The notes beneath the pieces were generated by a model. That model had not been told where the DNA came from. It saw only the letters and a program-made list of their open reading frames with translations, and did no database searches. This document shows, one piece after another, positions 49,308-63,082 of a stretch of 64,000 bases of DNA. Source of the stretch: Leucoraja erinacea (taxonomy: Eukaryota); contig NC_073386.1 of assembly GCF_028641065.1 (NCBI RefSeq), positions 57,412,001 through 57,476,000 on the forward strand, read 5' to 3'. Positions within the stretch are counted from its first letter, which is position 1. Every line of letters begins with the position of its first letter. The position numbers and the translations under genes are program-made.

Positions 49308-52300
49308 CTCCCCCACCTGCCCTTCACTTCTGGAGTAATAGAATCAAGCTTGTAACTTTTGGAAACATCTTCCTTTAGTTTAGTTTCTACAAGTGGGGTT
49401 TAATTCAATGCAGATTTAATTTTTCTCCTGTGAAGCATTATCTTGTCCATCACTCGGGTTTCATCAACATTTTTCATTTCTTGAACTGTCAACAGTTTCA
49501 TGTTAACAGCAAATTTGGAGCTTGTGTGCATTGGCAATGTAACTTTCATATAAGCAAGACACCAGCCAGACCATGAAGGAACAGAGTGCTGGAGTAACTC
49601 AGCGGGGACTCATCAGGACCCTTCTTCAGGACCAGACATCAACGAGTGCTGGACTCACCATGACGTAGAAACATAGAAAATAGGTACAGGAGTAGGCCAT
49701 TCAGCCCTTCGAGCCAGCACCGCCTTTCAATATGATCATGGCTGATCATCCAAAATCAATACCCCGTTCCTGCTATCTCCCCATATCCCTTGATTCTGTT
49801 AGCCCTAAGAGCCACATCCAACTCTCTCTTGAAAACATCCAGTGAATTGGCCTCCACTGTCTTCTGTGGCAGAGAATTCCACAGATTTTCCGTGTGAAAA
49901 AGTTATCCCTCATCTCAGTCCTAAATGGCCTAACCCTTATTCTTAAACTGTGACCACTGGTTCTGGACTCCCCCAACATCGGGAACACTGTTCCTGCATC
50001 TAGCCTTCACTCCTTTAAGAATGTTATATGTTTCTATAAGATCCCCAATATCTTATCCTTCTCAATTCCAGCCCAGTCGACCCATTCTTTCATGATATGT
50101 CAGTCCCGCCATCCCGGGAATTAACCTGGTTAACCTACGCTGCACTCCCCCAATAGCAAGAATGTCCTTCCTCAAATTAGTAAAGGTACAGCAGTGTGAA
50201 AAAGCACACCTCCAGATTCAGGGACAGTTTCTTTCCAGCAGTTATCAGGCAACTGAATCATCCTACCACAACCAGATGGCAGTGCTGAACTACTATCTAC
50301 CTCATTGGTGACCCTCGGACTATCCTTGATCGGACTTTGCTGGCTTTATCTTGCACTAAACGTTATTCCCTTACCAAGTATCTATACACTGTAAATGGCT
50401 CGATTGTAATCATGCATTGTCTTTCTGCTGACTGTTTTTAGCACGTGACAAAAAGCATTTCTCTGTACACGTGACAATAAACTCAACTGAACTGAGTTCC
50501 TTGTATCTAACACTTGAGTCCAGTTGGTTATAACCACTGTGACCTGTGGTCATTTGGTGAAGTGGTTTATTCCCTTCTGGGCCTGCCTTCCATTCGTAAG
50601 ATCGCAAGTTTGTAAACCATCATAATCAGAGGTGACCTCATAATGTGTCTGGCCGGCGACCTCACAGTGAACTGCATCCGTAACCATGAGAGACGGGCTC
50701 CATTCCATCTGTCAACTTGGTAAACTGGCTCCATTTCATCTGTCAACTTGAAGTGGGTGGGTGCACCATACCCATTCTGCCAGGCATTGAAACAGCTGGT
50801 AGCTACTAGAGGTCGAAACTCTAACCTTCACGGTGTGGATCAATAGTCCAAGCAAGGAGTTTCGAGAATGCCGGTGAAAAAGGACAGCGCCACGCAGACT
50901 TACAAGAGGAGATTTAAGGTAGATCTGAATCTGTTAATAGACCAAGATAAAAGGTGGAGTGACTCAGCGGGTCTTATTCTTAAACTGTGACCCCTAGTTC
51001 TGGACTCCCCCTACATTGGGAACATAGGGACGTAGGGCTCTTCTGCCACCTCTGAGTGTATCTTTATGGGGGAGAATCCAATCCATCCAGTGACAATCCT
51101 GTCTCCAGTCTCCAACATTCGCCCACCTCTCCCCTCCCCCCGCCCATACCCAGCCTTTTCCTGTCACTGGACCTTTTTATATCCACTGTTGGTGCAACAA
51201 CTGTCTTGGCTTCTCTACTCCACTGGCCCACTCAAACCGGGAGGGTCCTGACCTGAAACGACAAATGTTACGGAGCATCTCTGGAGAACATGGATAGGTG
51301 ACGTTTCACAGTGTGTTAAAGTAACTCAACGGGTCAGGCAGCATCTCTGGAGAACATGGATAGATGACGTTTCACAGAGTGCTGGAGTAACTCAGCGGGT
51401 CAAACGATGTCGGAAAGAAGGGGTTGAATATTCTGCAGTGTGGCTTTAGAGAGCTCGGAAAAATGCTGAAAAGCAGGACCTCCAGTGTTGTTATCTCTGG
51501 TTTGCTTCCAGTTCCTCATGCTGTCGAGAGCAGGAACAGGGAGATACGGGACCTGAATGTGTGGCTGAGGAACTGGTGCAAGGGGCAGGGATTTAGATTC
51601 TTAGATCACTGGGATCTGTTTTGGAGTAAGGGAGAACTATACAAAAGGGATGGATTGCATCTTAACAGATGGGGGACCAGCTTTCTGGCAGGCAGGTTTG
51701 CCACTGCTACATGGGTGGTTTTAATCTGAATAAGGGGGGTGGGGTGTCATATAGGACGGTGTTAAAGGGAAAGAGAATAAAGGGATGGTTAATGACCCTA
51801 GAATTAACGGGAAAGGAAGCTCACAAAGGGATAGTAGCGTATGGCCAAGTGTAATAGGGATCGATGTGAAAGGTGAGATGCGTAAAGAATTAAAAGTATT
51901 GTATATGAATGCGCAAAGTATAAGAAGTAAAGTAGATGAGCTTGAGGCTCAGTTACAGGTTGGTAGATATGACATTGTGGAGATTACTGAGACGTGGCTG
52001 CAGCAAGATCGGGCCTGGGAACTTAATATTCAGGGTTATACATCCTATAGAAAGGACAGGCAGGTGGGCAGAGGAGGGGGGTAGCTCTGCTGGCGAGGGA
52101 TGGAATTCAGTCCCTTGCAAGGGAAGACATAGGGACTGACGAGGTAGATTCACTGTGGATTGAGTTGAGGAATTGTAAAGGCAAGAAGACACTAATTGGT
52201 GTTATGTACAGACCCCCAAATAGAAGTCCGGATGTAGAGTGTAAGTTGCAGCTGGAGTTAAAACTGGCATGTAACAAAGGTTACTGTGGTGATGGGGGAT

Positions 52301-53317
52301 TTCAATATGCAGGTAGACTGGGAAAATCTGCTTGGTTCAGGACCCCAAGAAAGAGAGTTTGTAGAATGTCTCCGAGATGGATTCTTAGAGCAGCTTGTAA
52401 TGGAGCCGACCAGAGAAAAGGCAATTCTGGATTTAGTGTTGTCCAATGAACCAGATATGATAAGAAAACCTGAGGTAAAGGAACCGCTTGGAGGTAGTGA
52501 TCATAATATGATTAGTTTTAATCTGCAATTTTAGAAGGAGAACGTTAAATCGGAAGTGGCAGTGATGCAGTTGAACAAAGGTGGCCTATGAAGGCATGAG
52601 AGGGGAGCTGAGCTAGACTGGAAATGGATCCTAGCAGGAATGACGGTGGAACAACAATGGCAAGAAAAACAGACAGACTTTTGTCCGAGGCTGCCAACAT
52701 GCGGCGCCCCTAGTGGCCAATGAGTTGTTCCTTCTCCATTTGGCTCTTCAAGTCCTCTCCGTCATTCAATCATATCTGGATTGGCATGGCTTAGAACATC
52801 AGAACAACCCTCTGCCACTGCCACTGATTTCTCAGGGACAACAAAGGGAAAATGCACTCCAGTAATCCCTCTGTGTGCTTTATATCTGTCTGTTACGATG
52901 TTCAGATTTGTCAAATATTGAATTGCATTCCAACAGTGGAGTCTTTAGGTTTATAGAGTTAAGTGTGAAACTGATAAAGCAGAAGTATTTTTGTGCCAGG
53001 AACAAACTACACACACTTTGACTATAGACAACTCTCATTTGGTAAATGTCAAAAATATTCTGCTGCTTTTTAAGTATTTTTCCCCAACAAGGTAGTGTGG
53101 CTCAGCAGTAGAGTTGCTGCCTCACAGCACCGGAGACCCATGTGCTGTCTGTACAGAGTTTGTACGTTCTCCCCGTGACCAGCATGGTTTTCTGCTTTGG
53201 TTTCCTCCCACACTCCAAAGACATATAGGTTTGGAGGTTAATTGGTTTTGGTAAAAAGTCCCCAGTGTGTAGGATAGTGCGGGTGTGCAGGTGAATACTG
53301 GTTGGCGTGGACATCGG
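49308..53317 (-). repeat. Inverted segmental duplicate of about 1010-4267 (permuted order)
   Basis: 49308-50188 = rc 2635-3561; 50722-50963 = rc 2286-2537; 51407-52666 = rc 1008-2283; 52774-53317 = rc 3720-4267. Includes sequence not otherwise repeated in the window. Confidence 0.9.
51407..52666 (+). mobile_element. CR1 ORF1 esterase plus endonuclease fragment (duplicate of 1008-2283)
   Basis: Near-identical ORFs and the same 5' truncation point. Confidence 0.9.
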
Positions 53318-54201
53318 TGGTGGGGAAGATGCTGGAGCCAATTATAAAAGATGAAATTGCGGCACGTTTGGATAGCAGTAACGGGATCCCACATAGGAGA
53401 TTAGTGCACAAAATTAGGGCACATGGTATTGGGGGTAGAGTGCTGACATGGATAGAAAATTGGTTGGCAGACTGGAAACAAAGAGTAGGGATTAACGGGT
53501 CCCTTTCAGAATGGCAGGCAGTGACTAGTGGGGTACCGCAAGGCTCGGTGCTGGAACCGCAGCTATTTACAATATACATCAATGATTTGGATGAAAGGAT
53601 TCAAAGTAACATTAGCAAATTTGCAGATGACACAAAGCTGGGTGGCAGTGTGAACTGTGAGGATGATGCTATGAGAATGCAGGGTGACTTGGACAGGTTG
53701 GGGGAGTGGGCAGATGAACGGCAGATGAAGATTAATGTGGATAAATGTGAGGTTATCCACTTTGGTATCAAAAACAGGAAGGCAGATTACTATCTGAATG
53801 GCGTCAAGTTGGGAAAAGGAGATGTACAATGGGATCTGGGGGGGTCCTTGTTCATCAGTCTATGAAAGTAAGCATGCAGGTACAGCAGGCAGTGAAGAAA
53901 GCGAATGGCATGTTGGCATTTATAAGAAGAGGAGTCGAGCAAAGAGACCCTTCTGCAGTTGTACAGGGCCCTCGTGAGACCACACCTGGAGTATTGTGTG
54001 CAGTTTCGGTCCCCCAATTTGGGGAAGGACATTCTTGCTATTGGGGGAATGCAGCGTAGGTTTACAAGGTTAATTCTCGGGATGGCGAGTGTCCTATGCT
54101 GAGTGAATGGAGCGGCTGGGCTTGTACACTCTGCAGTTTAGAAGAATGAGAGGGGATCTTATTGAAACATATAGATTGTTAAGGGTTTGGACACGCTAGA
54201 G
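53315..54201 (+). mobile_element. CR1 RT fragment whose 3' continuation lies at 49037-49305
   Basis: GVPQGSVL..FTIYINDL..KFADDTKL; ends at acacgctagag, and caggaaacatg resumes at 49037. Confidence 0.88.
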
Positions 54202-54847
54202 AGGTGGGGGGAGGGTTGGGGGAGAGGGAGTGAGGAGAGGGAGATGGAGGGGGGGGAGGAGGAGGGTTAGGGGAGGCAAGGGAGAGAGGGATGGGGAGGG
54301 AGAGGGAGAGGGGTGGGGTAAGGCGAGACAAGTGGAAGAGTGGGGAGGGAGGGGTACGGGGAGTGGTGGAAGAGGGACAGAGCGGTGGGGGGGGGAGGGG
54401 GTGGGGGGGAGAGGGAAGGGGTGGGGTAGAGAGGGAAGGGGGCGGGAGGAGAGAGAGATGGAGACGGGGAGAGGGGTGAGGAGAGGGAGATGGAGAGGGG
54501 GAGGAGAGAGGGGTGGGAGAGGGAAGGGGGTTAGGGGGCGGGTGTGGGGGAGGGGGGAGGGAGGCAAGGAGGGAAATGGGGTAGGGGGGAAGAAGGAGGA
54601 TGGAGAGGGAGAGGGGAGAGGAGAGGGAGGTGGGGGAGGGGGAGGAGGTTAGGGATAGGGTGGGGGAGAGAGTGGGAAGGGGAAGGGGAGAGAGGGATGG
54701 GGTGGGAGGGAGAGGGTAAGAGTTTGGAGAGAGGGGGAGGGGAGGGGGGTGGAGAGAGGGGAAAGTGGGGAGGGAGAGGGGAGGGGGGGAAAGGGATGGG
54801 GACAGTCCATCTGTTCCCCATTCCCTTTCACCCCCAATCCTCTTTCT
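54202..54847. repeat. G/A-rich element with the same 49-bp end, copy 2
   Basis: Same end at 54799-54847; shared internal landmarks gggttaggggaggcaaggg and gggtaagagtttggag. Confidence 0.85.
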
Positions 54848-54878
54848 GGATTGAGGGGGAACACGTGGGGGGGACACA

Positions 54879-55010
54879 NNNNNNNNNNNNNNNNNNNNNN
54901 NNNNNNNNNNNNNNNNNNNNNNNNNNNNNNNNNNNNNNNNNNNNNNNNNNNNNNNNNNNNNNNNNNNNNNNNNNNNNNNNNNNNNNNNNNNNNNNNNNNN
55001 NNNNNNNNNN
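54879..55010. other. Assembly gap
   Basis: N run. Confidence 1.
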
Positions 55011-56369
55011 AGGCATATGTAAACGATCCATTCCGATTGGGGCTGGGGCTGGAGCTGGGGCATTGTGACATCACCCAATGGGGCTGGGGCAGGGGCTGCT
55101 TCTATGGGTGAGCCAGGTTTCTTTTGAAATTTGGGGGGGGGGGAGGGGGAGAAGGATTTGATTAAAAATGTGTACATAAACACGACAAAATTTAATCAGG
55201 AGTGGATACTTGGAATGAAAAGTGAAATCTCTACCGAAATGGAAAAAATCTCGACGATTCTGCGTCTGGTGTCGGCGTAGCAACGAATCAAAGGCAGAAA
55301 GGCGGCCCACTATACACAGATTAGCAGGTACGTGGAATGTGCTTTGAGGGGTGGTGGAGGCGGATAAGGTTTTTGGATAGGCACCTAGCAATGCCTGGAG
55401 TAGTAGGATGTGGATCATGTTGAGGTAGAATAGATTATCGGCACGGTGGCGTAGTGGTAGAGTTGCTGCCTCACAGCGCCAGAGACCTGGGTTCGATCCC
55501 GACTACGGGTGTTGTCTGTACAGAGTTTGTACGATTTCCCTGGGACCGCGTGGATTTTCTCCGGGTGCTCCGGCTTCCTATCACACTCTGAAGGCATACA
55601 GTTTTGTAGGTTGATTTGGCTTCAAAAAAAATTGTAAATTGGGCCTAGTGTGTGGGATAGTGCTAGTGTATGTATGGGCTGATCGCTGGTCAGCAGGCAC
55701 CCGGTGGGCCGAAGGGCCCATCTCCGCGCCGTATCGCTCAACTAAACTACTTTAACTTGGCATCACATTCAGTGTGGACATTGTGGATTAAAGCACCTTA
55801 TACCAAGCTGTATTGTTCAATGCACTGCGATGGAGGCAATGACCAAGTGTGGAATATCTGCTGGACTTCAGTTCTAGAATTGTGCCTGGTTTATCTTGGC
55901 AGCCCGTCACCTTGTCCAAATGGCAGAAGAGTATCTTCATTGGAAACAGAACAAACATTTGTCGTAGGATAGTAGTGCCAGCAGGAATTAATGACCTACT
56001 GCGGAAGTTATTGTAATGTAAACAGAAATAGAACAAAGAAAGACAGTCCGACAAGGCCCAAAAAATAAACCTCAAAATCCATTGCAACTGCAAAATGCAA
56101 GAAATCAAGCCTTACAATAAAGTGCCAGCACTTTGAGTTGGAAAGGGCACAGAGAAGATTTACGAGGATGTTGCCAGGACTAGAGGGTGAGAGCTATAGG
56201 GAGAGGTTGAGCAGGCTGGGTCTATTGGAGCGCAGGAGGATGAGGGGAAATCATCCTCATGAGGTGTATAAAATCATGAGAGGAATAGATCGGGTAGATG
56301 CAAAGTTTAGTGTGTAGGATTATGTTTCGTATACAGGGTGGTCGCTGGTCGTTGCGGACTCAGTGGGCC

Positions 56370-57160
56370 GAATGTGAGGTTATCCACTTTGGCGGCAAAA
56401 ACAAGGGGGCAGATTATTATCTCAACGGGGTTAGGTTAGGTAAGGGGGAGATGCAGCGAGACCTGGGCGTCCTTGTACACCAGTCAAGTTGGCGTGCAGG
56501 TACAGCAGGCAGTGAAGAAAGCTAATGGAATGTTGGCCTTCATAACAAGAGGATTTCAGTATAGGAGTAGAGAGGTTCTTCTGCAGTTGTATAGGGCTCT
56601 GGTGAGACCACATCTGGAATATTGTGTACAGTTTTGGTCTAATTTGAGGAAGGACATCCTTGTGATTGAGGCAGTGCAGCGTAGGTTCACGAGATTGATC
56701 CCTGGGATGGCGGGACTGTCATACGAGGGAAAGATTAGGCTTGTATTCACTGGAGTTTAGAAGGATGAGGGGATATCTTATAGAAACATATAAAATTATA
56801 AATGGACAGGCCAAGCTAGATGCAGGAAAAATGTTCCCAATGTTGGGCGAGTCCAGAATCAGGGGCCACAGTCTTAGAATAAAGGGGAGGACATTTAAGA
56901 CTGAGGTGAGAAAAAACTTTTTCACCCAGAGAGTTGTGAATTTATGGAATTCCCTGCCACAGAGGGCAGTGGAGGCCAAATCACTGGATGGATTTAAGAG
57001 AGGGTTAGATAGAGCTCTAGGTGCTAGTGGAGTCAAGGGATATGGGGAGAAGGCAGGCACGGGTTATTGATAGGGGACGATCAGCCATGATCACAATGAA
57101 TGGCGTTGCTGGCTCGAAGGGCCGAATGGCCTCCTCCTGCACCTATTTTCTATGTTTCTA
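56370..57160 (+). mobile_element. CR1 3' portion
   Basis: CEVIHFG..VQVQQAVKKANGMLAFI..FFTQRVVNLWNSLP; ctatgttt tail. Confidence 0.9.
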
Positions 57161-57594
57161 TGGGCCGAAGAGCCCAATACCACGCTGTTTCTCTGAAGTC
57201 ATTGACAGTAAAGTCATTGAAAGTAATGTTCCGCTCCCTTCCCCCCCTATGAAGCTGGCAGCCGGCACCTCTCCACAACCATTGTGTTGTAGCTGGGAAC
57301 AGTTTGCACAATGAAGGGTTCTTTAGCTGCCCAGTACATGGTCACATGCCGATGACTTTCCATGAACCCTCTGGGTGAGTGGTGGATGAAACCAGCAGTC
57401 TAGCCTCCCTGCGAGTCCGTCTTTGTGCGAGTAAATGGCACCCGCTGCGGCCAAATTCCCAAGTGCCTGGCTGTTCCCCCAGAGAACTGCACCCTCAGCA
57501 AGTTCAGATCTGGGCGGTCAGTCAACCATTGTTGGTGAGAAGCAGCAAACATTCAATGGGAGTTCTCACAAGATAAAGGCAACCAACCGATTTG

Positions 57595-57955
57595 GGTTTT
57601 AAACTTGGGAAGTTTACACCCCAGCGGTGTGGATATTGACTTCTCCAACTTCAAGTAACCCTTGCTTTCCCTCTCTCTCCATCCCTCCCCCACCCTAGTT
57701 CTCCAACCAGTCTGACTGCCCCCCTGATTACATTGCATGCCTCGTTGTCACCTTCCCCGAGCTAACAATGATCCATTCTACATGTTCCTTCAACTTCATC
57801 CCCTTTGATGTCTCGGTTTCACACCAAACCCTTCCATATCTCTGTGTCTCCCTCTCCCTTGACTCTCAGACTGAGGAAGGGTCTCGACCCAAAACGTCAC
57901 CCATTCCTTCTATCCAGAGATGCTGCCAGTCCCGCTGAGTTACTCCACCATTTTA
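57595..57955 (+). mobile_element. PLE 3' end with hammerhead motif (57871: CTGAGGA..AAAACGTC)
   Basis: LGSLHPSGVDIDFSNFK* followed by the 3' UTR and terminal unit. Confidence 0.8.
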
Positions 57956-58579
57956 TTATCAACTTATTACGTTGATGGCCTCCAGAGTTGACATGCAGCC
58001 ACAACCTTGTTTGTCTTTTGCAAAGTAGTCAAATCAGGGGCAGATATTTTGCACAGTACAATGGAGCAGATGAATTTGAGTTGTCACCAATGCCGCACTA
58101 AAGGGCCCATCCCACTTAGGCTATTTTTAGGCGACTGCTGGCGACTGTCATAGTTGTAGCAGGTCGCTGAAAAACCGGCAACTGGACTCCCCCTACGGCA
58201 TAAAATTGGAAATAGAATCATTACTTTAACAACACAAATACCGGTGTCAAACCCGCTGTAGCAGCAACTTCTTGGAGGATGGAACAAGGTCCCAAGATGG
58301 ATTTCCAAGATAAATCACTGGATTGAAATCTAGGAAAATTAGCATCCCATGTGATTTGAAAGGAAACGAATGCTTACAGGATACAATGAAGTACTTGAAA
58401 TTGAACCATTAGTCCCTGCACTGATGTCAAACATTAATGTGGCTGCATAAACAGATCACACTACATTGCCCACAGCAGAGTTAAAGATTAATGTGTAGGA
58501 AGGAACTGCAGATGCTGGTTTACACCAAAAATAGACACAAAATGCTGGAGTAACTCAGTGGGACAGGCAACATCTTTAG

Positions 58580-61500
58580 ATTTAGTTTTTAGTTTTAGAG
58601 ATACAGCACAGAAACAGGCCCTTCGGCCCACTAGGTCCGCGCTGACCAGCGATCTCCGCACATTAACACTATACTACACACACTAGGGACAATTTTTACA
58701 TTTACCAAGCCGATTAACCTACAAACCTGCACGTCTTTGGAGTGTGGGTGGAAACCGAAGATCTCGGAGAAAACCCACACAGGTCACGGGGAGAACGTAC
58801 AAACTCCATACAGACAGCACCCATAGTCGTGATCGAACCCGGGTCTCCAGCGCTGCATTCACTGTAAGGCTGCAACTCTACCGCTGCGCCACCGTGACCT
58901 TCTCTGGCGAGAAGGAAAGCATGATGTCTCGGGTCGGGACTCTTGAAGACTAACGTCCTTCCTCAAAACAGTCAGCTACCAATCTCGTGAAACATGGTCT
59001 GGAAATGCCAAATTTCAATATTTCAATACAGAGAGGCAAAGTTAAAAACTGGCAAAACATCAATTCAAATATTCCCGATCACAGGAAAAACAAGGGCGGC
59101 ACGGCGGCTCAGCGGTAGAGTTGTTGCCATACAGCGCCAGAGACTCAGGTTCCATCCTGTCTGTACAGAGTTTGTACCTTCTCCCTTGTGACGGTGTGGG
59201 TTTTCTCCGGGTGCTCCGGTTTCCTCCCACACTCCACAGACTCACAGGTTTGTAGGCTAATTGGCTTCTGTAAATTGTCCCCTGCGCGTAGGATGGAACG
59301 CTTGTGAGGGCAATTCAGCATGGACTCAGTGGGCCGAAATGCCTGTTTCTACACTGCATCTCGAAACAAAAGTAAAAATGCAGTTCAAATTGAAAGTGGT
59401 TGCTCTCAAAAAAGGCAGGCAGATGTGGAGAAGGGGGAAATTTGAGCTTATTCATAGACAAACACTTTAGATGCACGTTACCCCTTGGAACCCTATGGTG
59501 TGCAGTCAATATTCATACAAGGTCCCCACCAGGTCATTACCCTGGCCCTTAGTGGGCACGGTGGCGCAATGGTAGAGTTGCTGCCTCACAGCGGCAGAGC
59601 CCCGGGTTCCATCCCGACTACGGGTGCTGTCTGTACGGAGTTTGCACGTTCTCCCTGTGACCATGTGGGTTTTCTCAGAGATCTTCGGTTCGTCCCACAC
59701 TCCAAGGACATATGGGTTTATATAAAGTGAATTGGCTTGGTGTAAATGTAAATGGTCCCTAGTGTGTGTAGGGTAGTGTTAGTGGCAGGGATCACTGGTC
59801 AGTGCGGACTCGGTGGGCCGAAGGGCCTGTTTCCGCGCTATATCTCTAAATGAAAACTAAGTTCAAAACCCGACCTCCGACCCTGATGAACAGTGTCAAA
59901 CCAAAACATTACCCATTCCTTCTCTCCAGAGATGCTGCCTGACCTGCTGAGTTACTCCAGCATTTTGTGCCTGTCTTCAACAATTCAAACTTGGATAGAT
60001 ATTAACTAAACAAGTTAGCTTCCTTTGCTAAGCCTTGCAAGTTAGAGGCATCATCTGCTATAGAATGTAGCACAATGTAGCATAGAAATAGACCCTTCGC
60101 TCCACAATGTTCATGCCATATATAATACCGAACTCCCTTATTTGCCTGCACGTGATCTATATCCCTCCGATCCCTATATCCATGTGCCTATCTAAAAGCC
60201 TCTTAAACACCACTATCATATATGCCTCCACCACCACCCTTGACATTCTAAGCACCCACCACTCCAAAACAAAAATTGGCCCATATATCTCCTTTAAACT
60301 AGGCCCCTCTCACTTAAATTTTGTCTACCCTAACATTTTCACCCGGGGGAAAAAGGAGCTATTCAGCAACGATTCAGGTTGTTTAGGCTCTAGAGATACA
60401 GCGCAGAAACAGGCCCTTCACCCACCGAGTCTGTGCCGACCAGCGATCCCTGCATACTAGCACTATCCTATACGCTAGGGACAATATAACCAAAGCCAAT
60501 TAACCTACAAACTTGCAAACCTACAATTAACCTACAAACCTGTACGTCTTTGGAGTGTGGGAAGAAACGAGAGCACCCAGAGAAAACCCACGCAATCACG
60601 GGGAGAACTCTTTACAGACAGCACCCGTAGTCAGGATCAAACCCGTGTCTCTGGTGCTGTAAGGCAGCAACTCTACCGCTGCGCCACCGTGTGACCTGCA
60701 GAAACTGAACGGAAAATAAAGTGCAGGAAAAAACTGCAGATGCTGGTTTAAACCGAAGATAGACAGAAAATGCTGGAGTAACTCAGCAGACAGCATCTCT
60801 GGTGAGAAAGAATGGGTGACTTTTCAGGTCAAGACCCTTCTTCAGACTTAAATAAAGTGCTGAATTAACTGTATCCCAACACAAAACGTCACCCATCTAC
60901 TGTATGTACTTCAGAGATGCTGCCTAACCCCCTGTGTTACTCCAGCACTCTGTGCTTGATGACAGATTCCATCATCTTCAGTTCCTCGTATATGAATGGA
61001 AAATAACACGAGCTGTAAACTTTTCCAAATTAATACTTTGGCGGGGGTGGGGGGGGGGATGAAAAGAACCTTTCGAGTTGATAACAGGAAAAATAAAATG
61101 TCACAGATGGAGTTAATGATCTGAGCAAATGCCTTTCTTCCATTAGTCTTGTGGGACTAATTTGCCTCGAATGATTAATCAGATAATCCTATCAGGCAAA
61201 ACATTCTCGGCACACAGCACAGATTAGCTTACCCATGTAACAAATATCTAAAGGGCAGCTCTCTGCAAATAATTCTGACGGCAATGTTGATGAAATAACA
61301 AAAGTGACATCCGTTTACTGCTAGTCTGCAGATCATAACTGCTGCAGAGATTGTGGATATGGAAGGTGCTTTCAAGGCAGCTTTGAGTCAGAGTCATACA
61401 GTGTGGAAACAGGCCCTTCAGCCCAACTAGTTCACACCAACCACACTAGTCCCACCTGCCCGCGTTTGGCCCATATCCTCCAAACCTATCCTATCCATGT

Positions 61501-63082
61501 ACCTGTCCGAACGTTTTTAATGCTTTGATAGTTTAGTGTAGAGATACAGTGCGGAAACAGGTCCTTCGGCCCACAACACTATCCTACACACACACTAGGG
61601 CCAATTTACATTCATACCAAGCCAATTAACCTACAGACCTGTACGTCTTTAGAGTGTGGGAGGAAACCGAAGATCTCGGAGAAAACCCACGTGGTCACAG
61701 GGAGAACGTACAATGTAATTTAATGAAATAGAGAATATAAATGTAAATTGTCCCTAGCGTGTCGGATAGTGTTAATGTGCAGAAATCGCTGGTCAGTCGG
61801 CCGAAGGGCCTGGTTCCACGCTCTATCTCAAGCTGGATGTACAGAGTGCGGAAAGTCTTTGGGAAGTCAGGAAGAGGTAGGATTACCATTGGAGAGCAGC
61901 TCAGACCCATTGATGAAGCCCTTGCATGCGTGGGAAATCGTGCATGCCAGAGTTGGCAATTTCATTCTGGTGCATCTTTGCACATCAAGGAGAGATGACT
62001 CTATCGAGATAGTCAAGGCTGGAGACATGGGCGTATGCATTTTCAACTTAGTTAATGATCACAGTGAAAAGCTTTTGTTGCGTGCTACCCAGTCAGCGAA
62101 AAGACAACACATGATTATAATCGAGCCGTTCACAGTGTATACAGGATAAGGGAATAACGTTTAGTGTAAGGTAAAGCCAGTAAAGTCCAATCAAAGATAG
62201 TCTGAGGGTCCTAGATGGGGTAGATAGTAGTTCAGGACTGTTCTCTAGTCGATGATAGGAAGGTTCTGTTGCCTGATAACAGCTGGGAAGAAACTGTCCC
62301 TGAATCTGGAGGTGTGTGTTTCTGGGGTTCCTGATGGAATGGAACTTGACCAAAGTGATCGTTCTTTCTGCACATTGGGACTTAGCACCCAAAAAGGCAT
62401 TCTGGGGAATTACTACAATGCTCTCCTGACTGATCCCAACCAACACCTCTCCATCAAGCAGTGAATTCCCCTCCACCACATCCACTAAATCACACACCCA
62501 ACAGAACAGAGGAAGGAAAAAGTGCTGGAGTAACTCGGAGGGTTAGTCTGAAGAAGGGTCTCGAACCGAAATGTCACCTATTCTTTTTCTCCAGAGATGC
62601 TGCCTGATTTGCTGAGTTACTCCAGCACTTTGTGTCTATCTTCAGATGATCAGGTAGCATCTTTGGGGAACATAGGCGATGTTTTGGGTCAACACCCTTC
62701 TTCAGACTGATTCTAGTAGGGCGAGTAAATTGGAAGAGAGGTGGGGGCAGGACAAAGCTAGCAAGCGATAGGCAGAATGTCAAAACAAGGGCGACACGGT
62801 GGCGCAGCGGTAGAGATCCGGGTTCGATCCTGACTACGGGCGCTGTCTGTACGGAGTTTGTACGTTCTCCCCGTGACCTGCGTGGGTTTTCTCCGAGATC
62901 TTTGGTTTACTCCCACACTCCAAAGACGTACAGGTTTGAAGGTTAATTGGCTTGGTGTAAATGTAAATTGTCCCTAGAGTGTGTAGGGTAGTGTTAGTGT
63001 GCGGGGATCACTGGTCGGTGTGGACTCGGTGGGCCAAAGGGCCTGTTTCCTAAGGGCCTGTATCTCCAAACCAAACTAAACT
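58580..63082. mobile_element. Cluster of V-SINEs (58580-, 59093+, 59553+, 60390-, 61530, 62790+) interspersed with PLE terminal units and a Rex-like tail (62060-62320)
   Basis: Same motifs as the other copies. Confidence 0.8.
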
